A stretch of DNA of 64,000 nt, taken from assembly GCA_017983495.1 (NCBI GenBank), contig JAGOBH010000007.1, positions 59,278 to 123,277 on the forward strand, given 5' to 3'. Below, in pieces: positions 37,188-44,287 of this stretch. This DNA comes from Pyrinomonadaceae bacterium (lineage in GTDB: Bacteria > Acidobacteriota > Blastocatellia > Pyrinomonadales > Pyrinomonadaceae). The notes beneath the pieces were generated by a model. That model had not been told where the DNA came from, made no database searches, and was given only the letters and a program-made list of their open reading frames with translations. The position numbers and the translations under genes were made by a program. Every line of letters begins with the position of its first letter. The first letter of the stretch is position 1.

Positions 37188-37606
37188 GGTTCCACGCAGA
37201 GACCGGAGAGTTTTTCGCAGAGAGTTTTGAGTTCCACCTTTAGTTGGCTCTTCGGTGACTTCGACCCTTCGTTATTCGACATTCGAAACTCGACATTTTC
37301 CTACTCTTTCCCACTATTTCCGACTATTTCCCACTAAGTAGGAATCTTTAATAATCCGAATCGTTATTAACATTTGTTGTATCAATGCTTTACGCATCTG
37401 GGACAGATAAATTAGGTTAGTTGGGACAGGCTAAACGTTCTAATTGCTCGATTTATGCCAACTGTCCCACTGTCCCGCCGATTTTTCAAATTTTTTTCGG
37501 CTTTCCAGTCTGTCTCGCCATTGGCCTTTTCACTTTTCCTCTTTTCCCCTTTTTCACTTTGACCCTGTAACAACTATTATATCATCAGTGTCAACTGTGG
37601 CGATGG
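37188..37606. repeat. dispersed non-coding module, copy 1 (iterons + palindrome + GGGACAG/CTGTCCC motifs)
   Basis: Four perfectly phased 10-mers at 37297-37336 (TTTCCTACTC, TTTCCCACTA, TTTCCGACTA, TTTCCCACTA), then inverted AGTAGGAA. Long runs are identical to 54047-54427, for example GGAATCTTTAATAA and ATCAATGCTTTACGCATCTG.GACAGATAA.TTAGGTTAGTTGGGACAGGCTA. Confidence 0.75.
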
Positions 37607-37671
37607 GTTAAGTCTTGCGCATCAGGGGATGTCTTGGAACAAAAATGCTATCTGATCTCAGTCGATATTTA

Positions 37672-37758
37672 GCCGCAGATTACGCGGATGAAGCAGATCT
37701 TCAGCGGATCTATTTAGAATTATCCGCGTCTATCCGTTTTTTCTGCGTTATCTGCGGT
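37672..37758. repeat. REP palindrome (GCCGCAGAT..ACGCGGAT family)
   Basis: GCCGCAGATTACGCGGATG ... ATCCGCGTCTATCC ... ATCTGCGGT. This element creates the listed ORF 37615-37836. Confidence 0.6.
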
Positions 37759-38190
37759 CAAAATATTCGTTTGTCCACGAACTTAGGATCTTTCAGACCA
37801 CGTCGAACCGACGCCGGCGGCGTCGAATGTCTATAGGACGCGATGCAGGATAAAAGGAAACATACGACCCCGGCCGGGGTCGAACGTTATCGGGTGGTGA
37901 TCGATGTTCTATAAACGTGCGATCCCTCCGGGATCGAAGAGGAGAGTTGTTCACGCCCTACGGCCGACGATCAACGAACAACGATCCGCGAACAGAAATC
38001 CTTTGACACCGATAGCGATATATTTCAAAATAGCCTCATTATGCCCTACGCCTCCCAGCGATACTTAGAAGACACGATCATCTCAAACCGCGCCGCGTTC
38101 GGAGACAGGGCATTTGTCTGATCATCAAAAACACCGAACGTTCAGGTCCGGACAAATTGCAAGTTTGACCCGGTCCTTTTTAATTAAGTT

Positions 38191-38832
38191 ATGACAGCAT
38201 TGAAAGTCGTTAAGCCAAAACTGCTTGCAGCACTTGCAAAGGTGGTAGACGAGCCGCTGAGTTTGCAGGGATATTCGCGCGGGAAGAACGGTCTGATCTA
38301 CAAACGCAAACTCAATGATTCGGTGCAGGAGATCAATTTCATTGCTGATTGGTACCCGAGATATCGACCGGGTGCCGAGGCGTTCATTCACCCTGTGTTT
38401 TTGGTGAGCATGCCGAAGATAAACAAACTAGGGCTTTATCTGGTAAACGGTGACAAATTTCTTCTCGGGGGAGCCAGATACGTAGCGGGTCAACCCATCG
38501 AGTTCACCGTTCCAAAAGAGAAGCGTCCGATTTATTTTGCAACCGGAGAGAAGGGGTTCGTAGAGGTTTGCGGTTCGATCCTGGCATTCCTGCGTCGAAC
38601 GGTGCTGCCTCTGCTCGACGAACTCTCGACACCCGCCGATCTGGTTCGGGTTTACGAATCGAACGACCCACGCGTTTGGAAACAGAAACATTGGCACGTT
38701 TACATTGCAGCGGCATATTGCGAGTTAGGCATGATCGAAAAAGCACGCGAGGTGATAAATGAACAGTTTGCAAGTCTCGGACTGCGGAGACAGTATTCGA
38801 TGGTTTTTGAATCGCTCGCAGCTCTAGAATGA
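38191..38832 (+). CDS. hypothetical protein (213 aa; possibly DUF4304-like)
   Basis: Clean ORF in an AT-richer islet. N-terminal pattern ...LQGYSRGKNGLIYKRKLNDSVQEINF... is reminiscent of DUF4304-type proteins (weak recollection). Confidence 0.6.
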   Translation: MTALKVVKPKLLAALAKVVDEPLSLQGYSRGKNGLIYKRKLNDSVQEINFIADWYPRYRPGAEAFIHPVFLVSMPKINKLGLYLVNGDKFLLGGARYVAGQPIEFTVPKEKRPIYFATGEKGFVEVCGSILAFLRRTVLPLLDELSTPADLVRVYESNDPRVWKQKHWHVYIAAAYCELGMIEKAREVINEQFASLGLRRQYSMVFESLAALE

Positions 38833-39011
38833 AACTGGAGGCGTTGATTCGGCGTATCGGTGATCCGGGAATTACAGACGAATTTTGTATTTCTGCTAAA
38901 ACACCTTTGAATTCTGAGGTCGTGTCATTCTATCTCGAAAATAGAGAACCTGGGGTCTGGCCTAATTTTATGCTCCAGGATACGAAGGGCCATTCCCCTA
39001 CCCTTGGATGA
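38829..39011 (+). CDS. small hypothetical protein (60 aa)
   Basis: Start overlaps the upstream stop (ATGA). No similarity recognised, so this may be non-coding. Confidence 0.3.
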   Translation: MKLEALIRRIGDPGITDEFCISAKTPLNSEVVSFYLENREPGVWPNFMLQDTKGHSPTLG

Positions 39012-39045
39012 ATCAATAGCCATTGTTAAATGATGCAATTAATCT

Positions 39046-39528
39046 ATGATCAACAGCGAAAAAATCGCAGTTCACGATTTCCCTGCGTGGCGAGAAAAGG
39101 CCGACTTTATCATCGCAATCCGTCTTGGAGAAGAGTTAGGCATTGACGACATGTTGGAATGGGAGCAATTGTGGGCACGAAAGGTGGACGGCAGTCGTTT
39201 TGAGCTTTGTTGTATTCCGTTTTTCGCGTATGGACTCGCGCTGGGCGACGTGGTCGAAACCAAACCGTCAGAACAAAGAAAATATGTTGTTGAAGCGGTC
39301 AGAATTCGCAGTGGGCGGAGGACCTATCGAGTGTTTTTTGAGTCATTGGTCCGATGGAATGAAATAATTGATGAAATAATTTCACTTGGTTGCACTGTTG
39401 AGGTTAGGTGGAAGCAAAGTAAGTTAGTCGCAGTTGACGCGGCTCCCGATATCAGGCTCGATCTACTGGAGGCGTATCTTAGAAAACTGGAGCAAAGGTC
39501 CGAAATAAGATGGGAGAATGGAAACTAG
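39046..39528 (+). CDS. DUF4265-like protein (immunity-protein-like)
   Basis: ...EWEQLWARKVDGSRFELCCIPFFAYGLALGDVVET...RTYRVFF... fits the E.LWA....y.l.nIPFfa.g.alGDvVe core I associate with DUF4265. Confidence 0.7.
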   Translation: MINSEKIAVHDFPAWREKADFIIAIRLGEELGIDDMLEWEQLWARKVDGSRFELCCIPFFAYGLALGDVVETKPSEQRKYVVEAVRIRSGRRTYRVFFESLVRWNEIIDEIISLGCTVEVRWKQSKLVAVDAAPDIRLDLLEAYLRKLEQRSEIRWENGN

Positions 39529-39537
39529 TTCTTCTAA

Positions 39538-39792
39538 TGTGTCATTGCCGATGCGACCGGACAGATCACATCACGCCGTGACTTCATGCCATTCGGCGAA
39601 GACCTGAACGTCGGCGTCGGAAACCGCAACGGCGACGCGGGGCTCAAATACTCGATGCCCGGCGACAACATCCGCCAAAAATTCACCGTATACCAAAAAG
39701 ACACCGAAACATCCCTAGACTTTGCCGAGGCTCGGAAAGATTGTGGGCCGGGCACCGCGATTCTGATTGATTTGATTCGTCAGTTGTGTTGA
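39538..39792 (+). pseudogene. remnant of an RHS/YD-repeat core (C-terminal core fragment, no start, no toxin tip)
   Basis: The open frame reads ...RRDFMPFGEDLNVGVGNRNGDAGLKYSMPGDNIRQKFTVYQKDTETSLDFAEAR... This matches the RHS-associated core signature (R.Y.PFGE ... RQKFTG.E.D.ETGLDYF.ARYY). It then decays (KDCGPGTAILIDLIRQLC*) and abuts the GGDEF-EAL gene's 3' end. Confidence 0.65.
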
Positions 39793-39799
39793 GATTCTT

Positions 39800-42040
39800 T
39801 TAGAAGACCGCCATGTTGGGGTCGGCGTAGGTTTCTTGGGCTGGTTCTTCGACCTTGATGAGGGCGACGGGGAGCCAGCTTTTGTGTTCGTATAGGGCTT
39901 TGTCGATGTTTTCGGCGGTCTGCGGACGAGCGAGCAGGTAGCCCTGGCCGTAATCGCAGCCGAGATTTTGGAGCAGATGAAGCTGGGTCTCGGTCTCGAT
40001 GCCCTCGGCGATGACGCGCATCTTGAGGTTTTTGGCGAGCGAGATGATGGTCTGCAGGATCTCGCTGTTCTCGCCGTTCTCACCGACGCTGTAAACGAAC
40101 GAGCGGTCGATCTTGAGGCTGTCGAAGGGCAGCTTATGCAAAATGCTGAGGCTCGAGTAACCGGTGCCGAAATCGTCGATCGAGAGTTTGACGCCGAGCT
40201 GCTTGAGGCGGTTAAGGACGTTGATCGTGTGATCGGCGTTTTCCATCGCCACGCTTTCGGTGATCTCGAGCTTGAGGCACGACGGGTCGAGCTTGGACAT
40301 CCCGATGGCGTGTTCGACGTCGGCGATCAGGTCGCCGTGCATCAGGTGTTTGCCCGAGATGTTGACGCTGACCATCAGGTCGCGATACGACGGATTGATC
40401 TTTTGCCAGAGTGCAAGCTGATTGCACGTCTGCTCGAGTATCCAGATCGTGATCGGGATGATCAGGCCGGAATCTTCGGCGATCGGGATAAATTTGTTTG
40501 GCGGGATATTGCCAAATTCGAAGTGATTCCAGCGGAGCAATGCCTCGAATCCAAGCAGATGTCCGTCCTGCAGATCGACGAGCGGCTGATAGTTCATCGA
40601 CAATTCGCCGCGATCGATGGCTCCGCGAAGGTCATTTTCATACCGGACGCGCTCGATGAACCGGAAACGCAATTCTTTGGTAAATACAGCAACGCCGCGA
40701 TTCATCTCTTTGGCGTAGTGCATCGCGATGTCGGCGTCACGGAGTACCTCTTCGGGTGTGTTGTATTCGGCGTCACACGGGGCGATACCGACGTTGACGC
40801 TGATCGTAATATTGTTGCCGCTCAGGCTAAAGGGCTGCGAAATGCTGTCGTATATTCGCCGCGCCACTTTTTGTGCCTTGCCGACGGTCGACAGGTTGCG
40901 CAGGATGATCGCAAATTCGTCTCCGCCGATGCGGGCGACCGTGTCGGTCGGGTTGAGCATTCGGACAAAGCGTTTGGCGGCGACCATCAGCACCTTGTCG
41001 CCAAACGTGTGGCCAAGACTGTCGTTGATATTTTTGAAACGGCTGATATCGAGGAAAAGCACGTGAAACGTCACGGACGGGTCCTCTTTATACTCGTGGA
41101 TCAGCTCGCGGAGAATGTCGCCCAGCTTTTTGCGGTTAGCGAGATTGGTCAGGGAATCGTGCAGTGCCGCGTGCTGAAAGTCTTTTTCGCTCTTACGCAG
41201 AGCGATGTTGGCCCGCTCTTCCTTATCGAGCGAGATGGCGAGCTGCGACGCGTGGCTCTCGGCCTCGCGGCGAAGGTCGCGTTCGGCCTCGGCCTTTTTG
41301 CGCTCGGCAAGCTCCGCCTGATCGATCGCCTCGTTGATCTCGCCGATCGATTGGCGATAACTCAGATAAGCGATCGCAAGAGCCAAAAACGCAATGCCGC
41401 CCGTGATGATATCGCCGAAACTAATGATCTTGTAGGTTAGTCCGGCAAGGCCGGCGCCGACGATCTGCGTCATCGAACTCGAGAAACAATCTCGCCGCCA
41501 CGTTGCAAATAGATTCGAGCCGTCCTTGAGGGATTGAAAGACCGCGGCCAGGATCGATGAGGTTGCAAACTGAACTAACGCGAGAAATCCGAGGAATCCA
41601 ACGAGAGCCTGAGTGCTGTCAGGGTCGATCGAACGGAAGGCAAAAGTATGGACGAGGTTCCAGGCAAGTAGCGTGACGGTGGTTGAGACCGTCGAGATCG
41701 ACACATTGGTCGGTATCATCAGCCGGCCAAACGGGAAGCCTTTCTGCTTGAGGTAATAGCAATTCGCCAGCGTTTCAGACGCCGCAACAACTATCGCAGC
41801 CGGGCCGCCGAAATAAAGAAAGGTGAGAAATACGAGGGCATCGGAAAAGCTGATCGCAAACTTGGAACGCGGCAACGCAAGACTCATTCTCGGAGCCACA
41901 ATTACCGCAAATGCCAGTACGCAGAGAAACTCCCAGCTAAAAGCCGCCATTGCCATATTGGCAAGGGCGACCGCGAAGCAGAAGATGCCTGCGAGGATAA
42001 TTATACCCTTAGCATAGTTTGATGCTTGTTTACGATCCAT
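39800..42040 (-). CDS. membrane-bound GGDEF-EAL protein (diguanylate cyclase / phosphodiesterase)
   Basis: ORF 39800-42115 trimmed to MDRKQASNYAKG (ATG 42038-42040). About 6-7 TM N-terminal domain, a coiled coil, RIGGDEFAI, EALLRW and DDFGTGYSSL. Confidence 0.9.
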   Translation of the reverse strand: MDRKQASNYAKGIIILAGIFCFAVALANMAMAAFSWEFLCVLAFAVIVAPRMSLALPRSKFAISFSDALVFLTFLYFGGPAAIVVAASETLANCYYLKQKGFPFGRLMIPTNVSISTVSTTVTLLAWNLVHTFAFRSIDPDSTQALVGFLGFLALVQFATSSILAAVFQSLKDGSNLFATWRRDCFSSSMTQIVGAGLAGLTYKIISFGDIITGGIAFLALAIAYLSYRQSIGEINEAIDQAELAERKKAEAERDLRREAESHASQLAISLDKEERANIALRKSEKDFQHAALHDSLTNLANRKKLGDILRELIHEYKEDPSVTFHVLFLDISRFKNINDSLGHTFGDKVLMVAAKRFVRMLNPTDTVARIGGDEFAIILRNLSTVGKAQKVARRIYDSISQPFSLSGNNITISVNVGIAPCDAEYNTPEEVLRDADIAMHYAKEMNRGVAVFTKELRFRFIERVRYENDLRGAIDRGELSMNYQPLVDLQDGHLLGFEALLRWNHFEFGNIPPNKFIPIAEDSGLIIPITIWILEQTCNQLALWQKINPSYRDLMVSVNISGKHLMHGDLIADVEHAIGMSKLDPSCLKLEITESVAMENADHTINVLNRLKQLGVKLSIDDFGTGYSSLSILHKLPFDSLKIDRSFVYSVGENGENSEILQTIISLAKNLKMRVIAEGIETETQLHLLQNLGCDYGQGYLLARPQTAENIDKALYEHKSWLPVALIKVEEPAQETYADPNMAVF

Positions 42041-42363
42041 AAATGGACAAGGGAAATATGTCGACAGAATTGTAAGGAAGGGAGGTGTACATGGGCACAG
42101 CCATGTACTAAACAAAGTTTAACATGTTTGTTCAAGAAAAAGCCAGCAAAATTATCAAGAAAAATCGCGTAACTGTATACCTGTTATACAGATAGCAATT
42201 GGATAGTAAATATCCAAATGTGTAAGTGTTGTGAATGAATGGGTTAAGGGGATGCCGCAATATGTGTGCAAACTTAGTATACAGTTTTGCGATCCGGAAA
42301 TCGACGTCTTGTGAGCGAGTAAATAAGTCTGTAACACATTGTAAATACAGTACTTAGTGTGTA

Positions 42364-42400
42364 TGGCACGGCTGCGGCACAGTCGTGGCACGCGGGTTGT
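42364..42400 (+). promoter_or_regulatory. triple GGCAC direct repeat / sigma54-like -24/-12 elements upstream of the GIIVAG peptide gene
   Basis: GGCAC at 42365, 42376 and 42387, an exact 11-bp period. TGGCACG-gctg-CGGCA (42364-42379) and TGGCACG-cggg-TTGTA (42386-42401) both approximate TGGCACG-N4-TTGCW. The second lies about 68 nt upstream of the ATG. Confidence 0.35.
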
Positions 42401-42468
42401 AATAGAGATGGCATGACGAGGCAATGAGGCTTCGAATCAAAAGCAAACTTTAGGAGAAGATAAACAAA

Positions 42469-42753
42469 ATGAAAAAGCTAATTTCAACATTCGTACTCGC
42501 AGCAGTTCTTACACTCGGATCATCGTTCGCACTTGCCGGAGAGGGCATCATCGTAGCCGGCCTTTCAGATAACACCTGCAGCCAGGCCGCAAACACCAAA
42601 GACGGCATCATCGTCGCCGGCTTGACCGACGGTATCATCGTCGCCGGTTTCACAGGCATCATCGTTGCTGGCCTGACGGGTATCATCGTTGCCGGATTTA
42701 GCGAAGCAAAAGACGAGCCGACCGTCAACTGCGGCATCATCGTCGCCGGTTAA
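42469..42753 (+). CDS. secreted repeat peptide, six exact GIIVAG units (94 aa)
   Basis: AGGAG 12 nt upstream. Signal peptide MKKLISTFVLAAVLTLGSSFALA|GEG. GIIVAG at aa 26, 46, 55, 63, 71 and 89. All 9 nucleotide differences among the six 18-nt units are synonymous. A hairpin terminator follows. Confidence 0.75.
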   Translation: MKKLISTFVLAAVLTLGSSFALAGEGIIVAGLSDNTCSQAANTKDGIIVAGLTDGIIVAGFTGIIVAGLTGIIVAGFSEAKDEPTVNCGIIVAG

Positions 42754-42809
42754 TTGACTACATCTTCTTCTCGAGCCATCGGGGGGTTAGCTTCCTCACA
42801 AAGCAATAT

Positions 42810-42839
42810 GGTCCGCTTCGAAAGAAGCGGGCCTTTTTT
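42810..42839. terminator. bidirectional hairpin terminator shared by the peptide gene and the convergent nifS-like gene
   Basis: GGTCCGCTTC-gaaa-GAAGCGGGCC followed by TTTTT. The T-run overlaps the stop codon of the minus-strand gene. Confidence 0.7.
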
Positions 42840-44028
42840 ATTCTGCAGATCTTGCCTGATAGGCGGGCGAGAGCCGACGGAGATTTTCCACCGCCGCGGG
42901 CAATACTTCGAGAACATGTTCGATCTCTTCGGCCGTGTTAAATTTGCCAAAGCTGAAGCGGATCGCTCCGCGGGCGAGCGAATCGTCGTGCCCGAGAGCC
43001 TTAATGACGCGTGACGGCTCGATCGAACCGGATGAGCACGCTGAGCCGGTTGAGACGGCAATGCCATGCATGTCGAGATTGATCAGCAGTCCTTCGCCCT
43101 CGACGTGGCGGAATGAGATGTTTGAAACATTCGGCACGCGATTGTCCGCACGGCCGTTGAACGACAAGTCCGGGATGATCTCGCCAACGCGGGCCTCAAA
43201 TTTGTCACGTAGGCTGGCCAGACTGGTTGCGGCGGATTCGAGTTCGGCTCCCGCGATCTCGCACGCGGCACCGATGGCGACGATGTTCGGGACAGGTTCG
43301 GTGCCTGCTCGAATGCCGCGTTCCTGCCGCCCGCCGAAACTCTGAGGATGCAAGCGTGTGCCGCGGCGGACGTAAAGTGCACCGGTACCCTTCGGCGCGT
43401 AGATCTTATGTGCGGAGATCGACAGCAGGTCGCAGCCGATCGCCTCGACATCGACCGGGATCTTCCCGATGGCCTGGATGGCGTCGGTGTGGAACCAGAT
43501 CTTTCGGCCCTTTTCACGAAGTCCGCGCACGAGACGGCCGATCTCTTCGACCGGTTGGATCGTGCCGATCTCATTGTTTGCGAACATTATCGAGATCAGG
43601 ATCGTGTCGTCGGAGATCGCGGCTTTGACGTCTTCGACGCGGACGACGCCGTCTTCGTAAACGGGCAAATACGTTACGCGGAACCCGCGTTTTTCAAGGT
43701 CTTCGCAGACGTTCTTGACCGCCGAATGCTCGAAAGACGACGTGATTATATGCCGGCCGTGCTTTTCATTTGCCTCGGCCAAGCCGCGGATCGCAAGATT
43801 ATTGGCTTCGGTGCCGCCGGAAGTGAATACAACCTCGTTCGGACGGGAATTGAGCAGCCCGGCGACCTGATGGCGTGCCTTATCGACCGCGGCACGGGCC
43901 CGCTGGCCGAAGTAATGAATGCTCGACGCGTTGCCGTAATCTTCGGTAAAAAAGGGAAGCATGGCCGCGATCACCGCCGGGTCGGCCGCGGTCGTGGCAC
44001 TGTTGTCTAGGTAGATACGGCGAAACAT
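42838..44028 (-). CDS. cysteine desulfurase (NifS/IscS-type class V aminotransferase)
   Basis: IYLDNSATT, GGTEANN, PLP-lysine SISAHKIYAPKG, and the active-site loop STGSACSSG. Confidence 0.9.
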   Translation of the reverse strand: MFRRIYLDNSATTAADPAVIAAMLPFFTEDYGNASSIHYFGQRARAAVDKARHQVAGLLNSRPNEVVFTSGGTEANNLAIRGLAEANEKHGRHIITSSFEHSAVKNVCEDLEKRGFRVTYLPVYEDGVVRVEDVKAAISDDTILISIMFANNEIGTIQPVEEIGRLVRGLREKGRKIWFHTDAIQAIGKIPVDVEAIGCDLLSISAHKIYAPKGTGALYVRRGTRLHPQSFGGRQERGIRAGTEPVPNIVAIGAACEIAGAELESAATSLASLRDKFEARVGEIIPDLSFNGRADNRVPNVSNISFRHVEGEGLLINLDMHGIAVSTGSACSSGSIEPSRVIKALGHDDSLARGAIRFSFGKFNTAEEIEHVLEVLPAAVENLRRLSPAYQARSAE

Positions 44029-44287
44029 AACCTAAAGATTATCACACCCAAAGAAGAGCGTTATTGCCCCGGGGATTTACACAAATGAACATATCGATTA
44101 TTTAGGGCGGCCGCGACCGATCGAACTATCATCTAAAACTGGCGTATGTACTATCAGCCGAACGCCGGTTTGATAGGCCGTCGAGGAGCGTTACTATTGC
44201 TGATTTGCTGCGTATAGCGTAAATTAGAGGATGGCAAGACGTGTTTGCCCTAGGTGACGGTGTGCCCGTTGGGGAAGAGGAAAAGTA

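Noticed and set aside
37297-37344. Iterons TTTCCCACT resemble DnaA boxes (TTATCCACA); considered an oriC or DnaA-titrating cluster
   Set aside because: Only 6-7 of 9 positions match. There is no dnaA/dnaN or AT-rich unwinding element nearby. The array occurs three times within 64 kb, which is incompatible with a single chromosomal origin.
37615-37836. 73-aa ORF (…ADYADEADLQRIYLELSASIRFFCVICGQ…)
   Set aside because: It is generated entirely by the REP palindrome at 37672-37758. Likewise, ORF 21123-21794(-) (…LICVHLRPSAVKTLLICAQLR…), 37100-37282(-) and 53986-54222(-) are translations of REP or module DNA. They are not conserved as reading frames between copies.
38160-38193. TTGACC ... TTTAAT immediately upstream of ATG 38191, considered evidence for a leaderless mRNA
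   Set aside because: The putative -10 lacks the critical A at position 2 and the spacing is marginal, so this is not supportable without transcription-start data.
42041-42468. Looked for a c-di-GMP riboswitch (GEMM-I/II) in the leader of the repeat-peptide gene next to the GGDEF-EAL gene
   Set aside because: I could not find the conserved GEMM sequence blocks or the paired tetraloop/receptor hairpins by eye. A covariance-model scan (Rfam RF01051, RF01786) would be the decisive test.
42450-42740. 96-aa minus-strand ORF with repeated PATMMP/KPATMIP units
   Set aside because: It is the mirror image of the GIIVAG repeats. The plus-strand frame has a Shine-Dalgarno, a signal peptide, a terminator and purely synonymous repeat variation. 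In the minus frame the same substitutions are non-synonymous (PATMIP, PATMMP, KPATMIPS).
42544-42750. Regularly spaced 18-nt repeats considered as a CRISPR-like array; also the 9-mer array at 50771-50877
   Set aside because: The repeats are far shorter than CRISPR repeats. The spacers are 6-42 nt and partly absent. There are no cas genes. The first set is clearly coding.
44146-44217. 23-codon mini-ORF (MYYQPNAGLIGRRGALLLLICCV) just upstream of the radical SAM/SPASM gene, considered as a RiPP precursor
   Set aside because: It has no Shine-Dalgarno. It is too short to evaluate and I cannot check conservation. It could easily be chance in a 259-bp spacer. It is worth a look only if homologous spacers encode the same peptide.
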